Source: Ostreococcus lucimarinus (taxonomy: Eukaryota). From it: a DNA stretch of 64,000 nucleotides. Location of the stretch: the NCBI GenBank assembly GCA_000092065.1, contig CP000582.1, one strand, 5' to 3'. A program made the translations under genes and the position numbers. Shown piece by piece: positions 10,701 through 20,101 of the stretch (positions are counted from its first letter, which is position 1; each line of letters begins with the position of its first letter). Under the pieces are notes generated by a model. The model ran no database searches, was not told the origin of the DNA, and saw only the letters and a program-made list of their open reading frames with translations.

Positions 10701-11413
10701 GTCACATGCACTCGGAAATTCACACAGCCTTCGGCGTCAACGTAGCCCTTTTCAAAAACGTCTTCGCGCGTGATGAACGACGCGAACCCCCAATCCGCTT
10801 CGCGTCTGTCGAACGTGTGCGACGTTTCCTTCGATTCTACCACCGACGCATCCGTCGGATGAAGCAGCTGCAATTCGAACTTCGCGTGCCTTCTCCACTC
10901 TCTACTCATGTCGTCCTCGATTCGGCGCGGCTTTGTCGCCCCCGTGTCCAAGAACAAGCTCACCTGCGCCGGCGTCTCCGATTTCGAGTTCAAATTACTC
11001 CCGAACGGATACATCGCCAACCGAAAGAGTGTATCTCCGCACTCAAACGTTTGACTCACCACCTTCGCGTCTCGTTTCTTCCATCGCGAGAACTCGGCGC
11101 GCCACGAGAACGTCGTCGGCTCCGCCGTCGAGAACGCCAACTCGCTATCTTCCGAACCGCTCGACATCGATCGATCGTCGTCTTCCGCGTCCGACGCGTT
11201 GCCGTCGTCGGCATCTAACGACCGCATCTCCACTGCTCGCGCGGGCGTCGTTCGTCCGGACGCGTCGTCGTCAGTCGTCGAGGCGGGTGCGGATTCCAGA
11301 TCGATTGCCGTCGCGATTCTCCGTCGGTTTCGTCGCGCGCGAAGCGCGCGCGCCCGATCGAGCGCCCGCGAGCGATGCGCACCGTCTTGCGAGGCGATAT
11401 CATCGCCTGACAT
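7784..11413 (-). CDS. USP7: Ubiquitin carboxyl-terminal hydrolase 7 family (MATH-USP-UBL; plant UBP12/13-like)
   Basis: An intronless 1209-aa ORF with a real ATG. It has an N-terminal MATH domain, the Cys box GLKNQGATCYMNSLLQTL, the His box GGHYYAFVKP and long C-terminal USP7-type UBL repeats. The catalytic part is about 50% GC, against about 65% for its neighbours. Confidence 0.9.
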   Translation of the reverse strand: MSGDDIASQDGAHRSRALDRARALRARRNRRRIATAIDLESAPASTTDDDASGRTTPARAVEMRSLDADDGNASDAEDDDRSMSSGSEDSELAFSTAEPTTFSWRAEFSRWKKRDAKVVSQTFECGDTLFRLAMYPFGSNLNSKSETPAQVSLFLDTGATKPRRIEDDMSREWRRHAKFELQLLHPTDASVVESKETSHTFDRREADWGFASFITREDVFEKGYVDAEGCVNFRVHVTPIEEHEVDRPMQSAFYSEYDSRKETGLIGLKNQGATCYMNSLLQTLYHIPSFRRAVYHMPTNETEEAHTSMPLALQSVFYCLQYAKEGDVSTEDLTRSFGWDSYDSFMQHDVQELNRVLQDKLEEAMKQTCVEGTIQKLFEGHTTNFIECINVDYKSERKEEFLDLQLDVKGCKDIYASFDRYTEIEKLDGENKYRAEGHGLQDARKGTLFHDFPPVLQIQLKRFEYDYQRDTMVKIHDRYEFPEELDLDVGDRKYLVPESDKSVRNKYKLHSVLVHSGGINGGHYYAFVKPNLQAEDAQWFKFDDEHVTKETAEKSVVEQYGSGGAAAVDSDMDADDDSTNVRVAPNLRFQKVSSAYMLVYIREDDMDQIMCVANKSHLTEYLQARFAEEQKAKEKEAQEKKEAHLYTIIKVLTRQDLERQIASEKFFDLGNFESAQRFRLHKKSTFTKFRELVSEKLGIPAERQRYWTYSPRRNKTSRPATALPDHANTPPTWTVEKTRLKYTVPNSQHASSGEFRLYLEELDDDAFANSDPERDIWLHVKLYNPHEARLSYCGTLYASPEETLSTYMPKIKSMAGFASTASTLMFEEIAFVRESKIQIDQLSDKQVKTYPLSDPDDGSKTLQLGNGDILLIQPEITEDMEDSLKFPNVVQYADFRHNHQIVHFRELEAPKVDKVTLELTKMMSYDQVADVLASAIGLDDPLRLRFTAHHVYTNGPKSASFQFRGADTLIKMLENQQSDVLYYEVLDMPLPELQELKTLKVFFHGLNTKLVEEFQLRLSKSAAVKDVLEEVRSRLGTRVGGRKLRLLELFYSQIYKVFEEEKDIADINDQYWTLRAEEVPDDESEEDRLLRVYNISKDLSNPNQFYAYDEPMLLRTCEGETLGEVKARIKTRLEATDEDFAKWKFYIGHPPRYEILDDDELVISSKLVRIAKEGFCESTLGIEREVRGPRRPASRQGKPAGFERAIKIM

Positions 11414-11621
11414 CAGCGCCGGTGAGGCGCGTCACCGTGTGGGGAGGTGGAGAGAGTGCGAGCGGAGATTAGACAGTTGCACTCGGGACGACGGTTGAAC
11501 CGACGGCGAGCGGCGAGCGGCGGATGTTTCATCATTCATTCATGCCTTTGCGACGACGCGTTTCGACGAGCGGTGAGCTAGATGCTAAAGTTGAGGAATC
11601 GTTCGGTGCGCGCGGAGGGCG

Positions 11622-12581
11622 TCATCGCGCGCGCGCGGCGGCGCCGACGCGAGATTTGACGTGCTGCTGCTGCTGCGCTCGAGCCGTCGGGCGGGTGTCC
11701 TCGGGAACGAACGGGTCGCCGATGGCGCCGTGCACGGATCTTCGGAACGCGGGAAACACGACTGGGTCGCGAATTTTGCTCGCGATGAATTTTTCGAGCT
11801 CTGACTTTTCGGGTGAGGACTTTTCGGCGTCGCGAGCGGCTTTGGCGTACGAATCAGCCTTGCGTTTTTCTCGCTTCTGCTGCGAAAGCAGCGGCCCGAG
11901 ATTTCTACCGCCGCCGCCGCCGCCGCCGCCGGTCGAGGAAGTTCCCGACGATTTTCCCGTTCCCGTCCGTTCGCTCAAGTTGGCCGACGCCTTCCCGGCG
12001 TACGTCGCCGAGCTCGTCGCCGATTTCTCGGGCGATTTCTCCGCCGACGATATCGGACGCGGCACTTTCTGTGACTCCTGCGTCGCACCCTCGGTTTTCT
12101 TCCCCTGCTCCTTCCCGAAGCTCTGCGTCTCGTTCTCACTCGCTCGCTTCGCCCCGTTCCCAGCCTTTCGCTCTCGTTTTCGCTCCTACTTCGACAATCT
12201 ACGATGCGCCGAGAAGAAGGCCGTCTTGGGCGAGTGACGAGAGAGCACCTGCCCAAAATTCGTCCCATCGTCCACGCTCAGCCGCTTCCGCTCGCCTCGA
12301 TCGCCGTCATCGTACACCAAACACACGTGGATCTTCTCCTTCAGCGCGTTGTCCCCCGTCTTGGCCAGTTCTTTGGAGAACGCCGCGTTCGATTTATGCG
12401 CCGCCGCCGCGCGCGCCACGTCTCGCAGAAATTGGTTCAACCGCTGTCCGTTGTGCACTCCCACGCGTCCGACGCGCGCGAGCCCACCGGAACCGGCGCG
12501 CGATTTATCCCCACCGCCCTCGCCGCCGTAGAACGATCGCTCGTCCACGCGCAGGTCGAACGGCGTCTTGTACTTTTCCAT
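11622..12581 (-). CDS. Hypothetical K/E/S-rich protein; two same-frame ORFs separated by a single TAG
   Basis: ATG at 12581 (MEKYKTPFDLRVDE..KIHVCLVYDDGDRGERKRLSVDDGTNFGQ..). A TAG lies at 12186-12188, and the same frame then continues open to 11622 with lysine/glutamate/serine-rich, coding-like composition. See findings. Confidence 0.35.
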
Positions 12582-12634
12582 GTCTCGGCGCGCGGCGTTA
12601 GTTGGCGCGCGCGCGGTCCGCAGACCGCGGCGCG

Positions 12635-13447
12635 ATGTCGCGCGCGCCGTCGATCGCCGCGCGGCGGTGCGCGAGCGTCGCGTCGACCGTCCCGACGCGC
12701 GCGCGACGGACGAATCGCGCGCGCGGCGCGGCGGCGTCGAGGAATGCGGACGCCGAGACGAACGCCGAGACGGACGACCGTCGCGACTCTCGACGCGCGT
12801 TTCTCGCGCGGGCGTGCGCGGGGACGGCGTGCGCGCGCGCGTCGTCGTCTCAAGCGTCGGAAGCGCGCGCGCCGAGCGGATACGACGCGCCGACGGTGGC
12901 GCCGAGCGGGTCGACGACGCGCGCGAACGCGTTCGAGTCGTCGCGCGCCGGCGGCGAATCCATCTCGCCGTACGCGTATCGCCTCCGATGGCCGAGCGGA
13001 TGGTGCGCGCTGCGCGACCTCGCGAGCGCGCGAACCGTGGGCGTCGACGCGTCGTTTAAGGATCCGCTGGACGAGGCGAGCACGCTCGCGGTGTTCGTGA
13101 CGCGCGGCGTTCGCGAACGCGACGTCGCGTCGCGATACGGAACGCTCGATGAAGACGCGAGACGACGCGCGGACGCCGCGCCGAATCAAAAAACCATAGG
13201 CAAGAGGACCGTGCGCGTGTCCGTGCCGCGCGGCGACGGCGCCGGTCGCGTCGTCGTCGAGGCGCACGAGATCGAAACCGAAGTCGGCGGCGGCACCGCC
13301 GGCAGGTTCGGCGCCGCCGTCGAGCTCATCCGCGTCTGGGTAGCGGACGGCTCCGAGTGGTGCGTTCGCGCCACGGCGAGTAAATCCGCGTGGCCGCGCG
13401 TTCGCGGCGAGCTTCGTCGCGCCGTCGATAGCTTTGAGTTCGCGTGA
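12635..13447 (+). CDS. PsbP-domain protein (thylakoid lumen) with a twin-arginine (Tat) signal
   Basis: RRAFLA Tat motif after an S/T/R-rich transit region. PsbP-family landmarks are present: YAYRLRWPSGW, GVDASFKDP..TLAVFV and the C-terminal ..AWPRVRGELRRAVDSFEF. Confidence 0.55.
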   Translation: MSRAPSIAARRCASVASTVPTRARRTNRARGAAASRNADAETNAETDDRRDSRRAFLARACAGTACARASSSQASEARAPSGYDAPTVAPSGSTTRANAFESSRAGGESISPYAYRLRWPSGWCALRDLASARTVGVDASFKDPLDEASTLAVFVTRGVRERDVASRYGTLDEDARRRADAAPNQKTIGKRTVRVSVPRGDGAGRVVVEAHEIETEVGGGTAGRFGAAVELIRVWVADGSEWCVRATASKSAWPRVRGELRRAVDSFEFA

Positions 13448-13677
13448 CCGTCGCGCGGCGTTAGACGTTCGTAGTCGAGAGTCGCGTGACTTTTTGGGGT
13501 GGGTTGAATGACTTGGGCACGCGATTCAACGACGGGTAGGGTCGTTTGCGTTTCTTAGTTTTTATAGTAAAAGTGGTGACTTGGGCGTCGGTAGATCCAA
13601 ATCCGCGCGCGCGCGGAGACGCCGCGGAGACGCCGCGGGGACGCTCGAATTCCGCAATCATCACACCCCGACGCGCG

Positions 13678-14238
13678 ATGCCGACGTCGGCGACGCCCTA
13701 CCCCGACCCTCCCGCGTTCTTCACGCTTTACGGCGCGCCCGACGTCGTCCCTCCGGCGCCGCCGACGCCTCCCACGAACGCGGCGTACGCATCTTTCGGC
13801 GCCAATCATCACACCGCGCCCTGGCACGACCCCGACCACGGGTACGCCGCGTCCGGTGGGTTCGTCTACCCGATCTGCGTCGACGAGCGCGGGAAAACGG
13901 ACGCGCGAGAGGAGATGTGCGCGCTGACGCGACACGCGACGGCGAGGTTCGTGGAGGCGATGGAGAGGTGCGTGGACGCGCCGACGCGCGCGGAGGAGGC
14001 GACGGGGGCGCTGCACGCGCTGTTCAACAACGCGCATAAATTGATCAACGAAACGATACGACCGAGTCAAGCGATGACGGATTTTGAGTATCAGATAGAA
14101 CGGATGATTGAGGAGAAACGAACGAGCGTGGAGGCGCTGGAACGGGCGCTGGAACGGGCGAAAGCGGTCAAGGCGAACGCGGCCGAGGCGAGCGAGGATT
14201 TGGGAGTCGAGGCGCTGAAGAGAGCGCTGGAGGGGTAG
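13678..14238 (+). CDS. MED7: Mediator complex subunit 7
   Basis: The conserved MED7 motif LHALFNNAHKLINETIRPSQA (cf. LLFxxxHHLINEYRPHQAR) and a Pro-rich N-terminus (YPDPPAFFTLYGAPD) are present. Confidence 0.7.
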   Translation: MPTSATPYPDPPAFFTLYGAPDVVPPAPPTPPTNAAYASFGANHHTAPWHDPDHGYAASGGFVYPICVDERGKTDAREEMCALTRHATARFVEAMERCVDAPTRAEEATGALHALFNNAHKLINETIRPSQAMTDFEYQIERMIEEKRTSVEALERALERAKAVKANAAEASEDLGVEALKRALEG

Positions 14239-14303
14239 ATGCATAGATAGATAGAATTACAACGCAATGCGCGAGTGATGATGATACATCGTGTCGGTGA
14301 CGA

Positions 14304-15611
14304 TCACGTCCACGGGTAGAAATTGGCGAAGAGCGCGGCGCCGACGAGGGCGTAGGAGACGTGGTACGTCGCGATGAAGCGTCTCCACGCTTTGCTGTGG
14401 CGACCGAGGTGGGCCAGACCCCAATACATCGCCGGCGAGGTGCTCAAAAATCGCGTGGCGACTTGCACGTGCATGTACGTCGCCGCTATGACGGTCATCA
14501 CCCCGAGTTTGACGAAGTACGCGCCGACGAAGAAGCGCTGCTCCTCCTTGACGAAGACGCGCGCGTCTCGCGACCAAGCAAAGCGCTTCGTGAGGTAAAA
14601 CCCGAGCGCGATGGCGGGCGCGCCGAGCAAGACGTTCCCGAGGTTTCGCGCGCGATAGGACGACATGAAGCCTAGATTCCAGTAATGCCTCTGAATGAAA
14701 GAATACATCCCGCTCGGAACGTATCCGTACAGGTTGCGCCACGACTTTGGGCGACAATACGGTCGCTCCGCGCCGTCGAATACGGCGCCGTTGCAATATC
14801 GCATGTCCCCGAACTGAGCGAACGCGTAGTGCGGCGCGACGGTCAGCGCGATCGCGATCATCGCTCGCTTCAAGTGTCGCGCCGCGCGACGATGGCGCGT
14901 CTCGTCGTTCGCGTCGCGCAGTAAACGAAACATCTCTCGCCCGGCGTGTCCGAGCAACAAGACGACGCACAGCACCCCGTTCGAGCGGAACATCGTCGCG
15001 ACGCCGAACAACACGCCGCTGTGCAGCACCTTATTTTCTTGCAACAGCGACCCCGCGGCGAACTGCGCGTACGCGAATCCCGCCTCGGCGTACGCGCTTC
15101 CGTAAAACACATTCGCCGGATTCATCGCGTACAGCGTCGCCGCGGCTTCCGCCAGCGCCTCATCCCTCAGCAACTGCGTCGACAGCGCGTACATCGCCTC
15201 CACGCTCCGCGCGAACGCGTACGCGTTAATCGCCACCGCCGCCGCGCCCGCCGCGCACTCCTCCCGCGCGTCGTCCCGCGTCGTCCTCGCCCCCGCCAGC
15301 CTCGCCGCGCGTCCCACCGCGGCCGTCGTCGCCCGCGTCGCCATCGCGAGCCCCGGATAAAACGCGTGCTGATGCTCGAACTCGTACCCTCGCACCGCGA
15401 TCCCGACGTGATGTTCGCCGTCCCACGACGTCGCCGCGCGCACGCCCTCGCACGCGACGTCCGCGAGTCCGCCTCGCCGCGTCGCGTCGCGTCGCGTCGT
15501 CGACGCGCGCGCGAGCCCTCGCGAGGCGTCGTACGCCGGCATCGCGAGCCGCGTCGCGAGCACGACGCACAGCGCGACCGCGCGCGTCCGCGCGCCGCGT
15601 CGAAACATCAT
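14304..15611 (-). CDS. PIGV: GPI mannosyltransferase 2 (PIG-V/Gpi18)
   Basis: Collinear with human PIG-V: WDGEHH, AFYPGLA, ANVFYGSAY, FRSNGVLCVVLL, YSFIQRHYWNLGFMSSY, YMHVQVATRFLSTSPAMYW, and ending ..FYPWT like PIG-V's ..FLPWT. Confidence 0.8.
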   Translation of the reverse strand: MMFRRGARTRAVALCVVLATRLAMPAYDASRGLARASTTRRDATRRGGLADVACEGVRAATSWDGEHHVGIAVRGYEFEHQHAFYPGLAMATRATTAAVGRAARLAGARTTRDDAREECAAGAAAVAINAYAFARSVEAMYALSTQLLRDEALAEAAATLYAMNPANVFYGSAYAEAGFAYAQFAAGSLLQENKVLHSGVLFGVATMFRSNGVLCVVLLLGHAGREMFRLLRDANDETRHRRAARHLKRAMIAIALTVAPHYAFAQFGDMRYCNGAVFDGAERPYCRPKSWRNLYGYVPSGMYSFIQRHYWNLGFMSSYRARNLGNVLLGAPAIALGFYLTKRFAWSRDARVFVKEEQRFFVGAYFVKLGVMTVIAATYMHVQVATRFLSTSPAMYWGLAHLGRHSKAWRRFIATYHVSYALVGAALFANFYPWT

Positions 15612-15776
15612 CGCCCGCGTCGTCGTCGTCGTCGCGCCGCCGTCGCGCCGTCGCGAGGCGTCGCGCAGGAACGTCCCGAACGCCGCGCGCGTCGCGCGCC
15701 CGTCGGTCGCGCCGTCGCCGTCGCGCGGCATCGCGGCGCGCCCGCGCGTCACTCTGCGGCGACGCATCGACCGACG
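15612..15776. promoter_or_regulatory. Bidirectional promoter region between the divergent PIG-V and GYF-like genes
   Basis: About 165 bp of GC-rich spacer separates two divergent ATGs. Confidence 0.35.
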
Positions 15777-17480
15777 ATGTCTCGACGCGCCGACGCGCGC
15801 GCCGACGCCGCGCTCGGCGCGTACGCGTACGTCGACCTCGCGGGCGCGACGCAGGGGCCGTTCGCCGCGCGCGCGCTCGCGCGGTGGCACGAGGACGGGT
15901 TTCTCGAGCGCGCGCTCGCGCTGCGGCGCGACGGCGACGGACGCGAGACGACGGTCGGCGACGTCGTCGACGCGCTGCGCGCGCGCGATCGCGCGCGCGA
16001 CGAAGAGGACGACGACGCCGACGACGCGCGCGCGCGCGAGGGCGAGGGCGCGAGCGACGGCGTCGCCGATGACGATCGCGACGACGGCGGCGCGCGCGGC
16101 GACGACGCGAGGGCGAGCGCGTTGGACGATCGACTGTCGCGGTTGCTCGCGATCGGCGGCGGCGAGCTCCCGCGCGCGCGCGCGGTGACGCCGGACGTCG
16201 CGGAGGAGGGCGGGTGCGAGGACGCGGCGGCGCGGGATGCGATGGGATCGGAGACGGCGGGCGACGACGCGCGCGCGAGGGCGTACAGACGGCCGAGAGG
16301 GTGGCGGGACATCCTGCGCGCGACGCGGGAGAGGGTGCGGCGAGGACGGGCGGCGATGGGGGAACCGCTGGGCGAGGAGGACGAGACGGGGACGTGGAGC
16401 GCGGCGGTGAACGCGCGGTTGCGGGATCCGCGGCCGGACGGGCGCGCGCGGGGGACGGAACCGGACGAGGAGGGCGCGCTGCCGGAGGAACCCGCGCCGA
16501 TCGATCTTCGCGAGCCGTTTTGGGTGATTGAAGATCGCGCGCGAATGGACGGTGAGCTCGACGCCGAGCGTTTGAACGCCGCGGTGGCGGAGCAGTTGCG
16601 AAATACGTCAAAGCCGCCGGCGAGCGGCGACGCGAGGAGCGACGATTCAGACGTGAGTTGGAGCGGGAAGCCGGGAGGCTTGGAACGACAGGCTGCGCGC
16701 GCGGCGGAGCGCGCGGCGCTCGAAGCGGCGCAGCGCAACGCGCGCGAGGCTGCGGCGAGGACGGAGCGGGCGGAAGACGCCGCGGCGGTCGAAGAAGACG
16801 AAGCCGCGCGCGCGCGAGCGGCGACGGAGGAAGCGCGACGAAGACGACACGAAATGGAGCAATACTTTGCCGCAAATCCTTACGCCGGCGAGTGGTGGTT
16901 GACGGAACAAGAAAACGACGGAAAGTTTACGCTCGGACCGTTTGCGTACCACGAGCTGCTGGAAAGGCTTCCTCACGTCGCGGTGGCGCATCGCAGGGAC
17001 GACGACGCGTGGCGCGTGGTGGGTCCGTACGCGGCGCGCGAACGCGTCGAGGGTTACGGACGCAACATGGACGGCGCGGTGCTTTCGTTCGACCGTGATG
17101 AGGCTGATGCGGACGCGGCGGCGTCGCGCGATATGGAGACGGAAGCGTGGTTCGACGTCGTCACGTCTGTCATTGACGTAGAGGGCGAAGTACAAAATGC
17201 GCTCTCGCGAAACGTCGGCGACGAAAAGGATGTAAACGCGTGGTTCGATAGAGAAATGTCGAAAGTGAAACTTCCACCGGGAATCGCACCGATGAAATCG
17301 GTGAAGTCGACGCAACGAAAGCGTCGTCGCGGCTTTGAAACGCGCGTCGTCGCCAACGAAACTCAAAACCTTGCGTCGGCTCGCGTACTCGGCGATCTGT
17401 ACCAAGCGGTGACGAGGAATCGAAAACGACTTTTCGCGGCGATCATCGAGCCCGTGTTGGACGAGTGGGAACGCGAATAG
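15777..17480 (+). CDS. GYF-like domain protein (two GPF/W..GxF modules) with an acidic, E/R-rich middle region
   Basis: YVDLAGATQGPFAARALARWHEDGFL and WWLTEQENDGKFTLGPFAYHELLERL resemble GYF cores. The first 277 aa of the listed ORF are antisense read-through of PIG-V and are discarded. Confidence 0.4.
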   Translation: MSRRADARADAALGAYAYVDLAGATQGPFAARALARWHEDGFLERALALRRDGDGRETTVGDVVDALRARDRARDEEDDDADDARAREGEGASDGVADDDRDDGGARGDDARASALDDRLSRLLAIGGGELPRARAVTPDVAEEGGCEDAAARDAMGSETAGDDARARAYRRPRGWRDILRATRERVRRGRAAMGEPLGEEDETGTWSAAVNARLRDPRPDGRARGTEPDEEGALPEEPAPIDLREPFWVIEDRARMDGELDAERLNAAVAEQLRNTSKPPASGDARSDDSDVSWSGKPGGLERQAARAAERAALEAAQRNAREAAARTERAEDAAAVEEDEAARARAATEEARRRRHEMEQYFAANPYAGEWWLTEQENDGKFTLGPFAYHELLERLPHVAVAHRRDDDAWRVVGPYAARERVEGYGRNMDGAVLSFDRDEADADAAASRDMETEAWFDVVTSVIDVEGEVQNALSRNVGDEKDVNAWFDREMSKVKLPPGIAPMKSVKSTQRKRRRGFETRVVANETQNLASARVLGDLYQAVTRNRKRLFAAIIEPVLDEWERE

Positions 17481-17533
17481 CTCATCTAGTATACTGTAGA
17501 TTTCAACTCAATGCTCTAAATGTCTGCTATAAG

Positions 17534-20098
17534 TTACTCGGGGTCGGATGGCGTCGTCGCCTTCGCCTTCACCGTGAAACGCGGCGTTTCGCGTCCAGGT
17601 GGACGGGGACGAGGTAACAGCGCTTTTCGACTCCATTTGATGCTTCCACGCGCGTCCTTCTTGACGCACTTCACCTCGACTTGATCGCCCACCGAATAAA
17701 CGTCGGATACATTTTCGGTGTGCTCGTGCGCAATTTCGCTCACGTGCAACAGCCCATCGTCGCCGGAAGCGGTAGTGAGCACGCAACCGAAAGGTAGCAC
17801 TTCTTTCACCGTGGTGGCGTACGTCTTGCCGACTTCTACGATGGAATTCTTCAAGTTTTCGATGTGCGCGATGGCGGCGTCGTACGACGCTTTATTTTGT
17901 CCAAACACAGCCAAGTCACCATCGTCGTTAACGACGGAAACCTTTGCCCCGGTTTCTTTTTCTAAAGCCTTAATATTCGAACCTTGAGGGCCGATAAGTT
18001 TCCCGATCAACGCCGGCGGCAGCGTCGCTCTGCCATAGCGAGGCGCGGAGTCCTTCATCACAGATTTTGGCTCGCTCACGGCGCGCTCCATTACGTCGAT
18101 GACTTTCTGCCTCGCCGCTGACGCGCGATCGAGCGCTTCGATGAGAATATCCAACGGAATGCCCGCAGGCTTACAATCGAGTTGAATGCCAGTGACGCCC
18201 GAACGTGTGCCCGCAATTTTAAAATCCATATCCCCTAAAACATCTTCGAGACCCATGATGTCGTCCATGAGCGCGTACCGCTTGACCTCGCCCGTTTCCT
18301 CGTCTTCGTCCATGACGAGACCGATCGAAATTGCGCCGACGTGCTCGGTGAGCGGCACGCCTGCATCCATGAGCGCCATGGATCCCGAGCACACGGCAGC
18401 CATAGAAGACGAACCGTTGCTCTCGAGAGTCTCGGTGTTCACGCGCACCGCAAATGGGAAAGCGTCCTCATCCGGAAAGACTCCCAAAAGCGACTTCTCC
18501 GCGAGTGCGCCGTGTCCAACCTCGCGCCGTGAAAGCCCCCTCGCACCGGTTTCGTTCACAGAAAACGAAGGGAACGAGTAGTGCAACATCAGACGCTTGG
18601 ACGTTGGACCCGTTAAATTGTCCAACCGCTGCGAGTCTTCGAGCGAGCCCAAGGTGACGGTGGCCAGCGCCTGCGTGTTCCCGCGCTCAAATAGTGCGCT
18701 GCCGTGCACGATGGGCATCGTTCCAGTGACACCGTCGAGATTGCGAAGTTCGTACACACCGCGTCCGTCGACGCGCACGCCCTCGTCGAGAACTCGTTCG
18801 CGAAGCACGCGACCGCACACGGCGAAGTACGCCGAACCCAACATGGCTTCGCTCACCTCACCACTCTCCATCCACTCCGGATGGCTATCCATGAGTTCGC
18901 GCACGACTTCGCTTTGTAGCTCCGCCATTTTACGCCCACGCTCGTGTTTATCCTGAATGTGCTCTTCGTAGAGCGCGACTAATCGCGCCTTGGCGACGTC
19001 GTAGCACGCGCGTTTCATCTCCGCCGTCACGGGAGCCGCCGCGAGCTCTTGCTTGGGCTTACCTATCTCGTTTGCGAGCGCGATTTGAGGAGGTATCAAC
19101 TCACGCACGGCTTCGTGCGCTTTTCGCAGCGCATCGGCGACTAAAGTTTCCTCCAAGCCCCCAGATTTATTACTCTGCGCCTCGATCATCAACGCTCGCG
19201 CTTCGTTCCCGGCGTAAAACAGAGTGAAATCTGAACTCTCCACCACCTCATCCGACGGCGAAACTATGATTGCTTTATTCACCACCGCCACTCGGACCGC
19301 GCCGATGGGTCCATTCCATGGAATGCTCGACGCCGTCAACGCCGCGCTCGCTCCGTTCACCGCCAACACCGCCGGATCCTCCACGCCGTCGCTCGCCATG
19401 ACGACGCACTGCAACATCACCTCCTTGGCGAAATTCTTCTCAAAAAGCGGCCGAGTCGCCCTATCGATCACCCGCATCGCCAGTATCTCCCTCTCTTTCG
19501 GCGCGCCCTCGCGTCGCGTGAACGTCGACGGAATCTTCCCCTTCGCGTACGACCGCTCGCGATAATCCACCATCAACGGCGCGAACCCTTTAATCAACGA
19601 CCCGTGATCGAGCTCTCGACTCGCCGTCGCCGCGCACAGCGCCACCGTTTCCCCACTGTACGCCAGCACCGCCCCATCCGTCAGCCGCGCGAGTCGTCCG
19701 CTTTCAAACGTGACTCGTCTCGGCGTCGCCGCGTTCGCGTCGCCGTCCTCGCGGCTCGTCGTCGCGCGCGCCGTCGCGCCCGGAAACTTTCCCTCCGTCG
19801 ACGACGACGCGCTCGCCGCGAACGCGCGCGTTCGTCCGCGCGTCTCCGTCTTCGCCGCGGCCGCGCCGTGCGTTCTTCCGCGCGTCGTCGTCGTCGATCG
19901 CGTCGCGCCGTCCGCCGCCACCGCGACGAGCGTCTTCGTCGCGTCCGCGCGCGCGCGAAGCGTCGCGTCGCGGCCGAACGCGCGCGCGAGCGCTCGCAGG
20001 GCGTTCGCGCGCGGCATCGGACGGCGCGTCGAGGTGTGCGGACGCGTCGCGCGCGTCGTCGTCACTCGTCGACGCGTTCGCATCGCATCGCGACGCAT
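17534..20098 (-). CDS. PNP: Polyribonucleotide nucleotidyltransferase (PNPase), organelle-targeted
   Basis: Two RNase PH domains, KH and a C-terminal S1 domain (VVEVGKTYATTVKEVLPFGCVLT..GLLHVSEI) are present. An R/T/A-rich N-terminal presequence suggests organelle targeting. Start candidates lie at 20098, 20083 and 20017. Confidence 0.9.
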   Translation of the reverse strand: MRRDAMRTRRRVTTTRATRPHTSTRRPMPRANALRALARAFGRDATLRARADATKTLVAVAADGATRSTTTTRGRTHGAAAAKTETRGRTRAFAASASSSTEGKFPGATARATTSREDGDANAATPRRVTFESGRLARLTDGAVLAYSGETVALCAATASRELDHGSLIKGFAPLMVDYRERSYAKGKIPSTFTRREGAPKEREILAMRVIDRATRPLFEKNFAKEVMLQCVVMASDGVEDPAVLAVNGASAALTASSIPWNGPIGAVRVAVVNKAIIVSPSDEVVESSDFTLFYAGNEARALMIEAQSNKSGGLEETLVADALRKAHEAVRELIPPQIALANEIGKPKQELAAAPVTAEMKRACYDVAKARLVALYEEHIQDKHERGRKMAELQSEVVRELMDSHPEWMESGEVSEAMLGSAYFAVCGRVLRERVLDEGVRVDGRGVYELRNLDGVTGTMPIVHGSALFERGNTQALATVTLGSLEDSQRLDNLTGPTSKRLMLHYSFPSFSVNETGARGLSRREVGHGALAEKSLLGVFPDEDAFPFAVRVNTETLESNGSSSMAAVCSGSMALMDAGVPLTEHVGAISIGLVMDEDEETGEVKRYALMDDIMGLEDVLGDMDFKIAGTRSGVTGIQLDCKPAGIPLDILIEALDRASAARQKVIDVMERAVSEPKSVMKDSAPRYGRATLPPALIGKLIGPQGSNIKALEKETGAKVSVVNDDGDLAVFGQNKASYDAAIAHIENLKNSIVEVGKTYATTVKEVLPFGCVLTTASGDDGLLHVSEIAHEHTENVSDVYSVGDQVEVKCVKKDARGSIKWSRKALLPRPRPPGRETPRFTVKAKATTPSDPE

Positions 20099-20101
20099 CG
20101 G

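Noticed and set aside
14946-15776. N-terminal 270-aa extensions of several listed ORFs (14946.., 19604.., 45374.., 50856.., 5532..)
   Set aside because: The ORF track starts at alternative codons (TTG/GTG/CTG printed as M) and runs through GC-rich upstream sequence, often antisense to the neighbouring gene. I used the first plausible ATG instead.
15226-16875. 549-aa and 329-aa minus-strand ORFs (and many similar ones: 27153..28268, 35116..36081, 35878..36753, 49607..50686, 12204..13100, 29766..30887, 3408..3846, etc.)
   Set aside because: Arg/Ala/Pro/Ser-rich low-complexity translations lying antisense to well-conserved genes. They are the expected open frames of ~65-70% GC DNA, not genes.
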